From: Camelus ferus
Lineage: Eukaryota
Reading direction: 5' to 3'
Length of the DNA stretch: 64,000 bases
Assembly: GCF_009834535.1 (NCBI RefSeq)
Contig: NC_045698.1
Span: 4,094,001-4,158,000 of the forward strand
Every line of letters begins with the position of its first letter. Positions within the stretch are counted from its first letter, which is position 1. The position numbers and the translations under genes were made by a program. This document shows, piece after piece, positions 11,010 through 24,640 of the stretch. The notes below the pieces were generated by a model that was not told where the DNA came from, did no database searches, and worked only from the letters and a program-made list of their open reading frames with translations.

Positions 11010-12075
11010 AAACAAATAATAAAATTATACATTATATTAGTTTCAGGTGTATAATATAGTGAATCAGTATTTTTGTAGATTATATTACATTTAAAGTAAT
11101 TATAAAATAATGACTACATTCCCTTGTGCTGTACACTGTATGGTTATAGCTTATTTATTTTATACTTAGTAGTTTGTATCTCTTAATCCCCTACCCCTAT
11201 TGTGCCCCTCCCCCTTCCCTCTCCCCACTGGTAACCAACAATTTGTTCTCTATATCTGTGAATCTATTTCTGTTTTGTTATAGTCATTTGTTTGTTTTAT
11301 TTTTTTAGGTTCCACATGTAAGCGATGACACACAGCACTAATCTTTCTCCTTCTGACTTTTTTCTCTGAGCATAATCCCCTCCAGATCCATCTATGTAGT
11401 TTCAAATGGCAGAATTCAGTTCTTTTAGCGGATGAGTAATAAGCCACTGTGTACACATAACCACGTCTTCTCTATCTGTTCGTCTGTTGGTGGACACTTA
11501 AGTTGCTTCCATATCTTGGCTACTGTGACTAATGCTACTATGAACATTGGGTTACATGTATCTTTTGGAATTAGTGTTTTTATTTTTTTTCAGACACATA
11601 CCCAGGAGTGGAACTGCTGGATCATATGGTAGTTCTACTTTTAGTTTTGTGAGAAACCTTTCTACAGTTTCCACAGTGCCTGCACCAATTCACATTCCCA
11701 CCGAAATTGTGCTAGGATCCCCTTTCCCCACAGCCTCACCAACATTTGCTATTTGTAGACTTTTTAATAATAGCCTTTCTGGCAGACCTGACAGCTCGTT
11801 GTGGTTTGTGATTTCTCTGGCCATCTGGGCCTGGACTTTTGTTTGCTGGGACTATTTGTTACAAATTCAATTTCACCACTAGTGACTGGTCTACTCAGAT
11901 TGTCTGTTTCCTCTTGATACAGACTCGGAAGGTTCTGTGTTTCTAGAAGTACGTTCATTTCTTTCAGAGAGTCCAGTTTGTTGACATATAGCTGTCCGTG
12001 GTAGTCTCTCATGATTTCTTTGTATCTCTGTGATATCTGTTGTTATTTTTCTCTTTCATTTCTTATTTTGTTTGA
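11010..12075 (-). mobile_element. Cetartiodactyl-type L1: 3'UTR plus ORF2 C-terminus joined to a mid-ORF2 segment
   Basis: Antisense L1 3'UTR (cccttccctctccccactggtaacca, cccaggagtggaactgctggatcatatggtagttcta). ORF 11764-12012 translates as RDYHGQLYVNKLDSLKEMNVLLETQNLPSLYQEETDNLSRPVTSGEIE, recognisably the L1 ORF2 region upstream of the RT. Confidence 0.9.
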
Positions 12076-12079
12076 GCCC

Positions 12080-12615
12080 AACTATTCTCGCTTGCAGTTT
12101 ATTCTAGCTTCAGTTTTCTTCTTTCTAGAGTAATTTCTCTTATTCTTTTATAAAGTTTTAAATAGTGGTGAAATTCCTCAATCTTTGCCTGAAAATAGCA
12201 TTATTTAAAATTCATTATTAAATAATAGCTTAGTTAGATGTAGAATTCCAAGCAGAAGTTTATTTTCTTTTAATACTTTGAAAATTATTCTATTGTTATA
12301 TCATTTCTATTGTTAACATTGAGAAGCCTTTTGTAAGGTAAATTTTTAATAAGTAAGTCAATCTGGTTTTTTCACTGGATAAACTTAAGATTTTTTTTCT
12401 TTTTTGATTTTGTAGTCACTTTATGATGTGTCTAGTTGTATATATTATTTATTCCATTGGATTCACTGATTTTTCTGCTTAAGAGAATTCAGATTTTTCC
12501 TTAAACTCTAAAAATGTCTAGCCTTTAATTTGGATATTTCTTCTCTCTCGTTCTTTCTATTTTCCTCTTTTGGAACCCTCATTAAATCTATGTTGGACAA
12601 TAATTTTGCCTTTCA
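12080..12615 (-). mobile_element. Old L1M remnant
   Basis: Antisense L1M motifs ttgcctgaaaatagcattattt, aatagcttagttagatgtagaattc and gagaagccttttgt. Confidence 0.6.
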
Positions 12616-12730
12616 TGTGTGTATGCATGTGTGTATATATATGTATGTGTTGTGTGTGTGTGTGTATATATATTTATTATGTATATAAATGTTCATATAA
12701 TGTTCAATTGTCATATGTATGTGTGTATGT
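12615..12730. repeat. TA/TG low-complexity tract
   Basis: Read directly from the sequence. Confidence 0.8.
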
Positions 12731-15700
12731 TTTAAATTTTTTAATTTAACAAGTCACTCACTGTTTCCTAAGCATTTCATAAATACCATTTCATTTAGTC
12801 CTTAAAGCGATCCTTGAAATAATACTGAGTGTATCCCTAGAGCAGTCCTACAGTTCACTACGTAGCCTAGGCTATGGTTTCAGGTGTGACCATAATGGAG
12901 AAAAATCCGGGCAGAAGTAGAGTTTGTCCCACACTGTCTGTGATCACACTGCCCTGCAGCTTGTCTTGCCTCGCCAGCATTTAATTCAGCAAAAGACCAA
13001 TGTTTGTTCCATAGTCATCAGGAAAACTCAATCTAACCTCCCACACCCTGCCCCTCATCCCAATTCAGAATACCTTTAAGGGGAGAATTGTGACAATATG
13101 GTGGCACAGTATTTCATCTTCGGCACCACTTTGAGATGATTTTTCCTCAATTTGAAAATGAATCTGTGGCCACTGGAACTGGAACTTCAGGGTTTCCCCC
13201 ACAAAGAAATGGTGAGTGAGCTGCTGGGCGGGTGCACAAAGCATTTCAAACACAATTACAGAATGAGACGTGAACCGCTGTTTCCCCTCACTCGGCTGTG
13301 ATGTGTAGAGTTCCTTTATTTTAGAATATGTGATCAAAATGCTCCACACATGTCTTCAAATAAACTTTGGGAGTTCAGTCTGTTTGGGAGTTAGCACTGG
13401 TGGCATTAATGTTTGTTTTGCTCTGCATTGTTCTAAGATCAAAACGCAACCGAGTATTTTCCCTTGAACTCCTGTGTCTCTTTCGTGAAGAAATACAATT
13501 GATCCAGTTTTGTTTGTGGAAACGTGAAGGTTCATTAGGGATTAATCACGGGACTGACAGATACCTGCGTTCTGCCCCCTTTATTCCCCGAAAGTTCTGG
13601 TGTTGCCCTCTGTCCCCAGCTGCTGAAAAGCTTCAGCCAGATTGGTTCAGTTCCCTCTCAGAGTCAAGAATCCGGGGTTCTGGTCGACTGCTGAGGTGTG
13701 ACGGTGTCCCACTGCTGGGGTGTTGGGGGCCAGCAAAGGGGCAGATGGGAACCCGCATGTGGCCGAAGGGGGGCGATGGTGGTTAAGACTGGAGACCGTT
13801 CGTGGGGTTTGCGTTTTGTCCTCAGTGCCTTTCTTAGAGAAAACTTATTCTTTATAATAAAAATATTCAGGAAGGAGGTCAGCAGGGCCCTCTGTGCACA
13901 GACCCTGATCTCATCTCCTTGCTGGTCCATGAACATCCGTACCCAGAGCCTTTCCAGGGAGATCAGCCCAGCAGGTCCAAGCCTCCTAGCCCTTCACGCC
14001 TCGCTGTCCTCGCCAAACGCGCCCCGCTAGCTCACTCTGTTTGCCATGAGATGGTTATTTTCCGTCCCATGCTTGGACCCACTTGGTCATTCTCCAGTGT
14101 CTGCCCCTCTTTGCAGCTCTCCTCCCATGCTGCTTCACTTCAGGGCAACTGTCCAGAGGCAAGGGAAGGCAGCCATCACTGGCAAGGAAAGTCCAGAAAG
14201 AAGAGATTGTTTGCACATTTTTGGTACAACATTAACTCATAGACGTGCTGATTCTTATGCGGCAGTGAATTGATGAGAACCAGCACTAAAAAGCAGAGAA
14301 AACAAGAGCCTTCAGACGCATGCACTTGGCACCACGGTTCTCTTTGGAGGAAATCGAGAAGGAAAAGGGAGGAGAGAGCACAAAATCGTGCAGCCCTGAC
14401 CCTGGAGCCAGAGGTCCTTGCGCTTCCTTCCTGGCCATTTAAATATGCTGTCTAGACACATTAGGCTCCAAGCTCATTTCCACCGTCCTGCAATGCTGCA
14501 AGCTGAGGCTCTTGCTGAGACGCTGTCTGCCATGGTTTCCTTCCTGAATAGAGACTGAACAAGACACACAGAGACTGATAGGAAGTATCGGGCTCTGTCA
14601 CAAGAGACACTGCTTTGTGGAAAATGCTGGAGACTGGTGCATGGGGATTTGAATGCGGGTGGAGGGCAATTAAATAGAGGAGATAAAAGGGGCTGCTAGA
14701 CCTCTCCTCCCTCTCTCCAGTGCCTTTGTTGATTCACAGCAGCAAGCGGGTTGCGGTGGGTATGGGGAGCACAGGGGGTCTGTCCTGGCTTCTGACTCTT
14801 CCAGGCTCACCTCTCCTGTACCACCTGGCTCCCTTCTGCTGTTCTGCCACCTCGAGTCAAGTGAATTTCAGCTGCTTCAAACTGAAGTGCAGAGTTTAGA
14901 CATGCAAACAGCACCACGCTGATTGATACACTGTGCTCTGCATGCCGACAGAAGCTGCCTGCTGGACCCCAAGAGGCTGCCTCACCAGCCATCCCTGAGG
15001 CCCAGGACTCACCCTGGAAGGCACAGCTTGAGACTTTGCGCCCCTGCCCCCATCACCCCAGCCCCTTGAAATCAAAGCTTTGAAAGATTGCTTTCATTTA
15101 ATACTGTTTCAGGATTAGAACTTGTGTAAATCTATAACCTGTCATTTTTTTCCTTTACTTAAATTTAATTTAGGAGCAAATTAAAATTTAGCTGCAACGG
15201 CTGGAAAAAACCCTCATGTTTATGTACCCTTCTCCCTTCTGAAGTCGTAAGTGATTTTGAGCTTACAATTTACCAATTGTTTGCCACAGTACCTGGAGCT
15301 GGGTTTGGCGGGGAGAGAAAGAAAAAACACGTACACAAAAGATACGCAGCTCATATCCTTATAATGTCCTTCTAGAGAAAACCAACCGGGGGTGGGCATG
15401 AGTGTGACACAGAGCCCTCTGGCACCCCAGCTCATCTGAAGAGCAGCAGCTCAGTGCCCTGACCTGTGACCTGACATGGCAGATCTCCTGGGAATGCGCT
15501 TGGCCTGGAGATGCTCTTGGCCCCCAGCCCCAGCCTCACAGCCACTGTGACCTTGGCACCAAGCACCCGTGAGCTGCTTCTACTGCGCATCCAAGTCCGT
15601 GTCCTCGTGAGAATGGCGGGGGTCCAGGTACCCTGGGGCTTCGCTTTCAGGTGTGCTTGACACGTGTTAGCACAACAGTCGTACCAGAAGAGCTAAAATT

Positions 15701-16874
15701 GAAAATAGAATCTAGTTGGGAGTTTCCTTGGAAAACGTGCTCTTTGGAAAAAGCCTATTTTTCTTTTCTTAATATATTTATCTTCTGCATTCCTGGGGGA
15801 CTAAGAAATAGACATCTGTGAAAGGAATGCAAATTCCATCTGTCAAGAGGAAGTCCATGTCGTGATGTCACTCTGGACGGCCTAGATTCCCTCATCTCAG
15901 TAGCCTCTTCCCTTTTTATTAGGGTTTGAGATAAAAATCCCCATCCCCACTGCCAGCCAGCTGCCCTTGGCGTCAGTATTTCTGCCCTGAGCCCGTCTGC
16001 AGCCCTGCACTCCCAAGAGAGGAGGAGACCAAGAGAAGCTGCCCGCCTGTCATTTACAGTGTGAGCTCCAAAACCAAGGCTGGACCACCTAACAACGAGT
16101 CGGAAGCTCTGAGGATTCCCATCTCCGACTCTTGGGAGGCGGAAATGTGCTATTAATTTTTGTAGATGAGGCGATGCTATCAGGGTGCTGAGCTATGGGA
16201 ACAGCAGTCGGAGAGGCTGTCTAGATATAGCCTTGCACGCTGATCGCCAGGGACGGATGCCACTCAGGCTGTGGGTGGAAAACTCTTTAAGACAGATCGC
16301 TCACTGGAGGGTTGGGATTCAGATGTGAGAATGAAGAGTGTTTGGATATCTGTCAATCATCCCATTCAGGATCCTTTCCTGAGCCAGGGCCAGCGCTGAG
16401 CGCCCTGTGGTGGTGAGTTAGCAAAGACAGGGCTCAGCCCTGCAGGAACGGGGAGTCTGGTGGAAGAGGAGGAGCACAGGTAAGGAAGCAATTACCAGAT
16501 GGGACACGTGCCTTATTGGAGGGGAGGGAAGGGCGCCTGGGGCCTGAAGATGTAATGGGATTGTGGAGGCAACGTGTGCTGAGAGCAGGGGCAGCTGTCT
16601 CATCCATTTTCAGGAGCCCCAGCTTTATTCTTCCACCCGCAGGGAGGCAGCCACTCCCGACCAGTGGTGGAGGGCAGGGCTGAGACCAGGTGAGGAGCCT
16701 GGCATTGCACGAGGTGGGAGGGAGATGCAGCTCCAGCAGCAGGGGCAGCAGGGGAGTGAGCGGTGCTGCCCTGAGGTGGAGACCTGGGGACCATAGGGTT
16801 TGGCATGCAGGTGAGCAAGGAGCTCAGTGTGAGTGATCACATGCCTCGGGTCCTCGGGTTTGCCTGGAAATCGT

Positions 16875-17238
16875 GTCTGTTCTCTGAATGTGATCTGCTG
16901 GATGCCCGTGTTGAAGCCCCCACCCCACAATGTGACAGGGTTTGGAGGTGCTTAGGGTAGATGAGATCATGAAGGCGGGGCCCCGATGGGATTAGTGCCC
17001 TTACCGGGAGACACCCCAGAGCCTGGTCTCTCTGCTCCCAGGCACCAAGGAGAGGCCACTGGAAGGCACAGGAAGAAGGTGGTGGTCTACACGCCAGGAA
17101 CTGGGCCGTCACCCGAACCCAAATCTGTCACCACCTTGATCTGGGCTTCCAGCCTCCAGCACTGTGAGAAATACACGTGTGTTGTTTAAGACGCCCTGCC
17201 TGTGGTGTTACGTTACAGGCGCCCCAGCAGACTGAGAC
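16875..17238 (+). mobile_element. MaLR solo LTR (MLT1A-like)
   Basis: Contains gttgaagccccaccccacaatgtgac, gatgggattagtgccctta, ccttgatctgggcttccagcctccagcactgtgagaaata and cagactgagac. Confidence 0.85.
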
Positions 17239-20200
17239 CCTGAGTTAGTGAAAACGCACCCGGAGCAGGCTGATGGGGAGGAAGGGCTGCCCGGACGTTC
17301 TCCATTTGATCTGAGTTAGAACCTGCAGGCGGGCCTGCCCAGTGGGCAGGGGAATAAAATTCTCCAGTGTTTCCCAGGGTCCCCCTCCCCCTCAGTCCTC
17401 ACCACAAATTGTGGACACAAGTTCACGAGTCCTCTGTTCTGCCGCCCCCACTCCTCCCTCCCACCCCACCCCACCGGGGCAGCCTTCCCTGCAGGAGAGC
17501 ATGTTCCCCAGAGTGAGACGCCCCCAGAGGGTTCAGCAGGGCAGGCCGGGAGCCCACGCGGCCACGACCAGCCCTGGTCACACTCTGATTTCCCAGCTGG
17601 CTGCCTGCTCTGAGCTTCTGATCCCCTCCACCGGCTGTCTCAGAGCTTCTGCTTGTTCTCGCTTAAAGCTCTGGGAGCTAATGTGGTTCCTGTTGTTTTC
17701 AAAGGCAGATTTGTCCTCTCTGTGCACTGAGGGGAGAGACGCAAAACACACTCAGCCTGACACTCCACCCTCGGAGTTTCCTTTATCAGCTGCAAACCCT
17801 GGTTCTCTGGAATAACATTACACCTCCATCTAGCTTAGCCAACACCTTCCTTTGCAAGGATCCCAAGCACTTTCCCAGCCCTGTTTACCACTAAAGGAAT
17901 TTCCGGACAACTCCAGAGTGTCCCGTCTTCCCTGAGCCCTCAAGGGAGGAGCAGATAAAGGACCCAAGACTCTCTTCCAATTGTCCCCTGGTCCCCTGGG
18001 CAGTGTGGTTTGCGCCCTGAGGATCAGCTCCTGGATCTAACACCTTTCCCCATGAGAATTCCCAAGGTCCAGAGGGTGGAAAGGACAGAGACGGCAACAA
18101 GATGACAAGACAACCCCCCGTGCAGCCAGGCTCCTCCCTCCCCTCCCGGGGCTCCCCCCACCCACGTAGAGGGCAGGGGTCCCTCGGGCCACCCCCTCTC
18201 CAGCTGCCCCTGCAGAGGCCCTTTCACTGGGGGAGGGCTTACAAAGGCTTTGCTGGAAAAGATAGATGGCTTCCTTGCCAAGAGCATTTAAAACTGAGAA
18301 AATGAGCAAACCGGACAAATCACTTGCGTTATAGATTTAGAACTAATGCAAATTAGATTTAGAACTAATCATTCCCAGATAGCTATTCAAAAAGGGATAA
18401 AAAGCAACCAAACTTATTGATGAAGCCAACTACACAACCCGAAAATGAACAGCAGCCATGAGAACTGACACTGAATGCCTCCAGCCTCCAGTCGCCTCGA
18501 GCACGACGACGCTCACCCTCCCCTTCTCCTCCCAGCCTCCTGACGAGTTCTGTTTCCCAGGGAGTAGACCACGGGGGCTGGAGCTTTTTAAGAATCCCTG
18601 CAGCTCCACCAGCCCACAGTCAGCTTCCAACTCAGCCGAGAGTGGTTTTCTATGAACAGAAACCCTTCCTTGGTGTCTCATCGAGTCCAAACCAGAGTTG
18701 ACAATTGCTCTTTTTTCTGTTTATAATCACGGACGTGCCTTTCACACTCTCATAATCACCCCTCTTTATTCTCACTCCACTTTTTTTGATGCTTCACACC
18801 ATCACGGCAGGTGAAATTCAGGCTCAGGAACTAAAGGAACTTGCGGATCCTGACGCAGAGATCCTGGCTTACTCTTCCCATTTGGACAACCTAGGTAGAC
18901 ATCGGATGAGCTGCTCTCAGACACACCGTCCTAGACGGCTTTAGAGCAGCACAGACGCTCTCTGGCAGGAAATGGGAAGACAGGATGAGGACATGCTCAC
19001 CCTGGCTCCACCCAGGGCGTGCGGGACCCCGCATCCTGGCTGCCTGGGACACGCTCCTGGGGGTTCAGAGACGGCAAGGAGGCTGCTCCTGGTGAGCCGC
19101 CCACAGCCACGTCCCCCTCACTCAACAAGCCTGGGAGTGCCCACCTGTCCCCCTCTCCCACCTGCCCTCTCCCACCTGCCTCAGACTGGGCTTTGCCAGC
19201 ACGGAAGCTACGAGGCGCAAAAAGTGACTGGCTGGAGACAGGAGGGCATGGCCGGGGTGATTCAAAAAACTGTTCAGACCCTGCACTCTGGAGAAGTCCC
19301 CGATTTCTACCATCTTCTTTCTGAAAGGGGCTCTCAAGCAGCTGAAGCCTGCGCTTCCTGGATCAGACAGCAAACTCCTCCCCTATCTCCCCAGCCCACT
19401 CCTCCTTCTCTCCCTGCAAGCCCCACCCCCGCTCTGGCTCCCTACAGGGTTGCACGGCACAAACTAATTATAAAATTAAACTTCTATGCCAATGTATTTA
19501 AATTTAATACCAGTACAAGGAGTAAATTCATTTGGAAGGATTCAAAAGTGATTTATTATGTGATGAAAACGTAAGGGTATAGTCTCTCTGGGCTACCTGC
19601 ATTTTCAATTTGCATATGATATTCAAACTCAAATTCATCCGCAAACAAAAGCAATATAAGCTTAAAGCTGTGCTATTTATTTATAGAATAACGATATACC
19701 TCCCTTGTCCCTGAGCTTACTAATTTTCTGAAATGCTATAACTGCTGTTTTGTGTCTTTTATTTATACTTCTGAGGTGCTTAGAAACCAAAACTGCCTTT
19801 AATGTGCCTTTACTTACTTTGCCTGACTCGCTGCGGAGGCACAATTTCAACCTATTCTGATTCTCCAATTAATGCGTCGGTGATCAATGCCCACACCTCA
19901 TCACAGTTTTCCTCTCTCTTCTGTTCATAAAAGTTAAACGTGTTCATTATAGAAATTGGGGGGGAATGAGAAGAAGAAAATTAAAGCCACTCTCCCTAAT
20001 CCCATCACTCAGAATGAGTCTCTATTGGACGCCAGAGAAAGACACAAAACTGTTTTCAATTACAACGGGCAGAAGGTGTCACCCACAGACTCACTGCCCC
20101 CAGCGATGTGCAGACGGGGGGCTATGCCCCAGACTTGGAAATCAGTCTGTCCCTGAAAACAAGACAAATAGAAGTTGGCTCCTGCCCCAGGACAGACATG

Positions 20201-21037
20201 GAAGAAAATATCTGGACTAATTGTTAAAAAAGAGGCTCTCGCCCCTATCTGACATACAGGAAACTGGGAAAACACTCTTCCTTGATTTTTCCTTCCCGCG
20301 AAGAGATGCCCTAAATCACACAATCAAAGGGAGTATGTTCTTGGGAGGTTCAAGATACAGAGAGATGAAATAGTGAGTCAAGGAAGGGGAGCCAGGGCAG
20401 CCTTGTGACGTCCTAAAGCAGAGCTGAGCGGGGACCCTGCCACAGGCCCACAGGACAAGCCGCCTGTCAGGTACACGGAAAGACAACTTTCTTCTAAAGA
20501 CTACTGTCAATAGCCCCAGAAGTGATATTAAGGAAATATTTAGTTCATGCAAAAATAATAGGCACATTCAAATACTATTCTTAATGCTCACGAGCCGTTC
20601 CGCAGACAGCAAGTGAAAGTGGACCTTCTGGACAGTCAGCCTCATCCTTCGGGTACTTGGTCTAAATGACACCGTGACTGCTGCCTTTCTTCCTTCAGTG
20701 GGTGTTTGTCAAGTACACACAACGCCACCTGACATTTTACAGTATTTTTAGAGCATAGAATCCTGTAAGGATGAAGGCTTCGCAGCTCAAGGAGCTCGTG
20801 CATTTAAGTGACTGGGGAGTTCGTAGCTACCGTGACGGTGCACGCACGCACACACACAGGCATGGGCACACACAAACACAAATGTGAGCGAGGACCTGCA
20901 CCCAGGCTCTGATGCATTTTATTTGCAAATTGGGGCTTTCGCTACTGGTGTGTTCTGTATCTTATTTTTCATCACAAAAATGAAATTAAAGTGTGTAATA
21001 AAATGAGTCTCCCCCAAACTATTGATCTAGCTTAAAA

Positions 21038-21282
21038 TAATTATAGCTAAACATAGCACTTCTTCTGTGTCAGTCAGTGTTATAAGCAATTTATTTCATA
21101 TCCCACTTAATCCCCATGTAAGGAAACCATATAAGAAAAAACGCTATTGTTACCTTTTTACACATGGGAAACTGAAGCATAAATATTAACATTAATTTAA
21201 CTAAAGTTATACAACTAATGAGCAATAAAAGCAGGATTCAAACCCAAACACCTGGATTCCCAAACCCACGCTTTACAGCACT
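21038..21282 (-). mobile_element. MIR SINE
   Basis: Antisense MIR core ttttacacatgggaaactgaagcat...gcaggattcaaaccca. Confidence 0.8.
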
Positions 21283-22099
21283 GACCTCTTTACCCCTTGA
21301 GCTCCTGAAACTGTGACTCAGGAAGGCGCAGTCCAGACCCCCCAGCACGTCGCTGCGCTGCCCCCACCCCTGCCCTCGGCCAGCTCCCATCTCTGTGCTG
21401 GTTTGCTCCCTGGCAGTGTCTACGAGATCCAGCCGGTGAGAGTCCTGCATTTTACACGCAGGAACGAGAAGGTTGTGTTTTGTTCATGTTTAATTTGCAT
21501 GTACCATATTTCAACTCCGAGAGCATAGCAAAACTAAATGCCTGTGCTAAGTGAAAGTGTGATATCAGTTCCTGAGGTATAAAGAAGAGCTTCCTTAAAT
21601 GATAATATTATGGAAATATCACATCTGAATTCTTTCATGCAGCCCTAAGCCCAAGGCTCAGAACACTGGAGCGGATTCACCGAAACAGAGGCGCGCCCCC
21701 TCCTGGTCCACCCCACCTGGTCTGGCTGTGAAACGTTGGCCAAGAAGGGGAAGGAGGGCACGTGTGAACATGTGAGGGATGCGGAGAAAGCATGAGGAGA
21801 ACCGAGGTTGGGGCCGAATCTTTGAAGGGTAAAAGCAGCGAGAGGAAGCTTCTTTGTTTCACAATGTAAAGATCCCCCAACACTGCTTTTGAAACAGTGG
21901 TCTACCAGCCTCCAGCGTGATTCCATCTTTTTGGAGTCAGGTCATCTAAAAAGTGTGGCGTAGCTTCTTAGGTATTTTGAGAGTAGGAGATGCTCCAAGA
22001 TGACATATATTTAGCTGCCTAACCTTCTTGCTTATGCTTTTTTGTGTGATGGATACGTTTCCCTGATGGGCTCGTGTTTATGACTCCAGCAATGTGCTT

Positions 22100-22980
22100 A
22101 ATGAAGCCTGTGAAAGGTTCATTGATCATATTGATTGTTTTAAAAACCAGATTTGGATTTATAGTTTCATTTCAGTTATTGCTTTCATTGTTTCAAATTG
22201 CATTGTTTCTAATACCCTTTTATTTATTTCTCCTTGATTCTTGTTTGTATTTTTTGGCTTATTTCCTAATTTATTGAGATGAACACAAGTATTTTTTATA
22301 CATAGTTCCTCTTCTTAAATAATGGTAGCAATCAGTATATATAGCATTTATGTTTGCACCATAGGTTTTGGTATAAAATGCTTTTTTATTGCTTTCTAAA
22401 TAATTTTAATTTCAGTTTTAATTTTCTCTTTAATCCATAAGGTATCTAACATGGCCGTTCTCAATATCTGAAGAGTCAAATTTTTTTCCTTATCATTTAT
22501 CACTTATTTCTGACTTTCATTAGCTTATAATCAGAGAATGTGAACTAAAAAAAGAGCCTCTACTTTTAAAATATATAAGCTATGGCTTTTGTAGCTAAGT
22601 ACATAACAATTTTATAAATAATCCATATATAAACATACAGAACACTCCCCAAAGAATGTGTTTATCTCTATACACTTACTATTTATTTACACATTTATAA
22701 GTTTTAATTAACTTTTAAAATTAATCTATGTCCTTATTATTTTCCTAGGGGAAAATCTGATTGAGTGATGTTTATAAAAGCCTTTCATCATGTTATTATG
22801 TTTATACGTCTATTTTTTTTCTATGTTGTTTGGGGTATTAAGGTTTATTATTGATATATTTTATTCACAAATTGGGACTTTTGCCACTGGTACAATATCC
22901 CTCCATATTGTTTAGAGTCTTCAATATTAAATTCTGCCCTATCTGATGTTAATATTGCCTCTGTAGCTTTCTTGTTTCTT
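22100..22980 (-). mobile_element. Decayed old L1 (L1ME-like)
   Basis: AT-rich, T-biased block with antisense L1 remnants such as ataatcagagaatgtg and aattctgccctatctgatgttaatattgcc. Confidence 0.5.
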
Positions 22981-22989
22981 GTTCTCAGT

Positions 22990-23800
22990 CCTCACATCAT
23001 TGGTTGCTAATATCAGTGGGTAAGAGTTTGACAAAAAACAGGATATGTTCATGGTCTCAAAGCATCTCTCCACAAATGACAAATTACAAGTGTGAAAAAC
23101 AATAACTTCATGATGGAAAACTCTGGTGGACACCACTTTAATGGCATCATCAAGGATATTTTTACAAACAAAGAGATTAGGGGACATCCTGTGGTCTTGA
23201 TAAAATGCACAGGGAACGATACAGCATTGCTTCTGCAATATGGATGCAAAATGCAGAATCAGCTAAGTCTCATAATGGTGACACGTTATGCAAAACCAAA
23301 CTGAAGGTCACCCTACAAAATAACTGACCTGGATTCCTTAAAAATGTCAGTGTCCTGAAAGCCAAAGGAAGGGCGAGGAGTCCTTCCAGATTATATATGA
23401 CAACGGAATGGAATGTGTGATCCCAAATTGGATCCTGAACAGGAAAAATTTGCTATAAATTATATTACAGAGACAACTGATGAGATATGATGTGAAATAC
23501 AGCTTATATATAAAACAAGGTGTGAATTTCCTGATTTTGACACTTTTACTGTGGTTTTTTAGAGACTACCCCTCTTCTTAGGGAATTCATACTGAACTAT
23601 TTAAGAGTAAAGGGTCACCATGTGTGTAACGTACCCTCAAATAGTTCAGAAAAATATTACAGCTATTAGAGAGAGGATGATAAAATGCATGCGACAAAGT
23701 CATAACAGTTGGTGGTCCTGATGAAGGTTATACAGGAAGTTCTTTATAACGCTTACATCCTTTGGAGGTTGAAATTTTACCCAATAAAAAGCTTACTGAA
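22990..23800 (+). mobile_element. Old L1 3'UTR (L1MC4/L1ME-like)
   Basis: Contains ggaaaactctggtggacaccactttaa, ttggatcctgaacagg and cttagggaattcatactgaactatttaagagtaaaggg, and ends aataaaaag. Confidence 0.8.
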
Positions 23801-24119
23801 AAAGAGAAAAATTTACGCATTCTAATGGATTTACTTGATTTTATTCCCTCCATCTCACCTAAGTTTAGAGCTTTATGTGCTGTTTTCCTTTTTTCTTTTC
23901 TGCATTTTTGTTGTTTGAGTCAACTGGCCACAGCTTCCCTTTTCATCTTGGTTATTTGGTTGCATCTGTGTGTTTCCCATTTCTACCGCTGGACAACTTC
24001 TACTTCCCTGTAATCCTGCGTGATTAGTGAGAGCAACAGACCACCTATCTGTCCACCTGAGGCACAGTGAGTGGTGTCCTTCTCCACCCACCGCCGGAGA
24101 CTTAGAGACCACATTTACC

Positions 24120-24435
24120 TCCTGTTCCTAACCTTGTGTTTCTCGTCCTAATCAAGGTCACCTCTGCTCCCAGGCACTGAGCTGGGGGTCTCCTCATCGT
24201 CCTCACCTGCACTTCTCCCCTCAGCTGTTCAACACCATGTTCTGCAAATTCCACCTCAGTATCACTCAGCAAAAACCACTTTTCTTCCCTTCCGGGGCCA
24301 AGCCCTCATTCAGGCCCTCACTGCTGTCCCAACATTCTGACCTGTTCCTTCCAGTCCATGCTCCATGTGGTCCCAGTTAGGACCTGTCAGTGACTATCTG
24401 CCCATGCCACTGCCTGACTTTAAACATCAGTGGGT
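24120..24435 (+). mobile_element. LINE-2 fragment, probably resuming after the L1 insertion at about 25130
   Basis: Pyrimidine-rich, with L2-like ttctgcaaattccacctc and ccagtccatgctcca...catgccactgcctgactttaaac. Confidence 0.55.
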
Positions 24436-24589
24436 CCAGTAATCCCACTCCTGGGCATTTATCAGAGGAAACTCTAATTTGAAAATATACATGCACCCCA
24501 ATATTCATAGCAGCACTGTTTACAATAGCCAAGACATGGAAACAACCTAAATGGCCAACAGATCATCCAACGGATAAAGAAGTTGTGGC

Positions 24590-24630
<41 letters not shown>

Positions 24631-24640
24631 ATAGACAGAC

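Noticed and set aside
11764..12012. ORF with clear protein similarity
   Set aside because: It is a decayed fragment of L1 ORF2 within a truncated L1, not a host gene.
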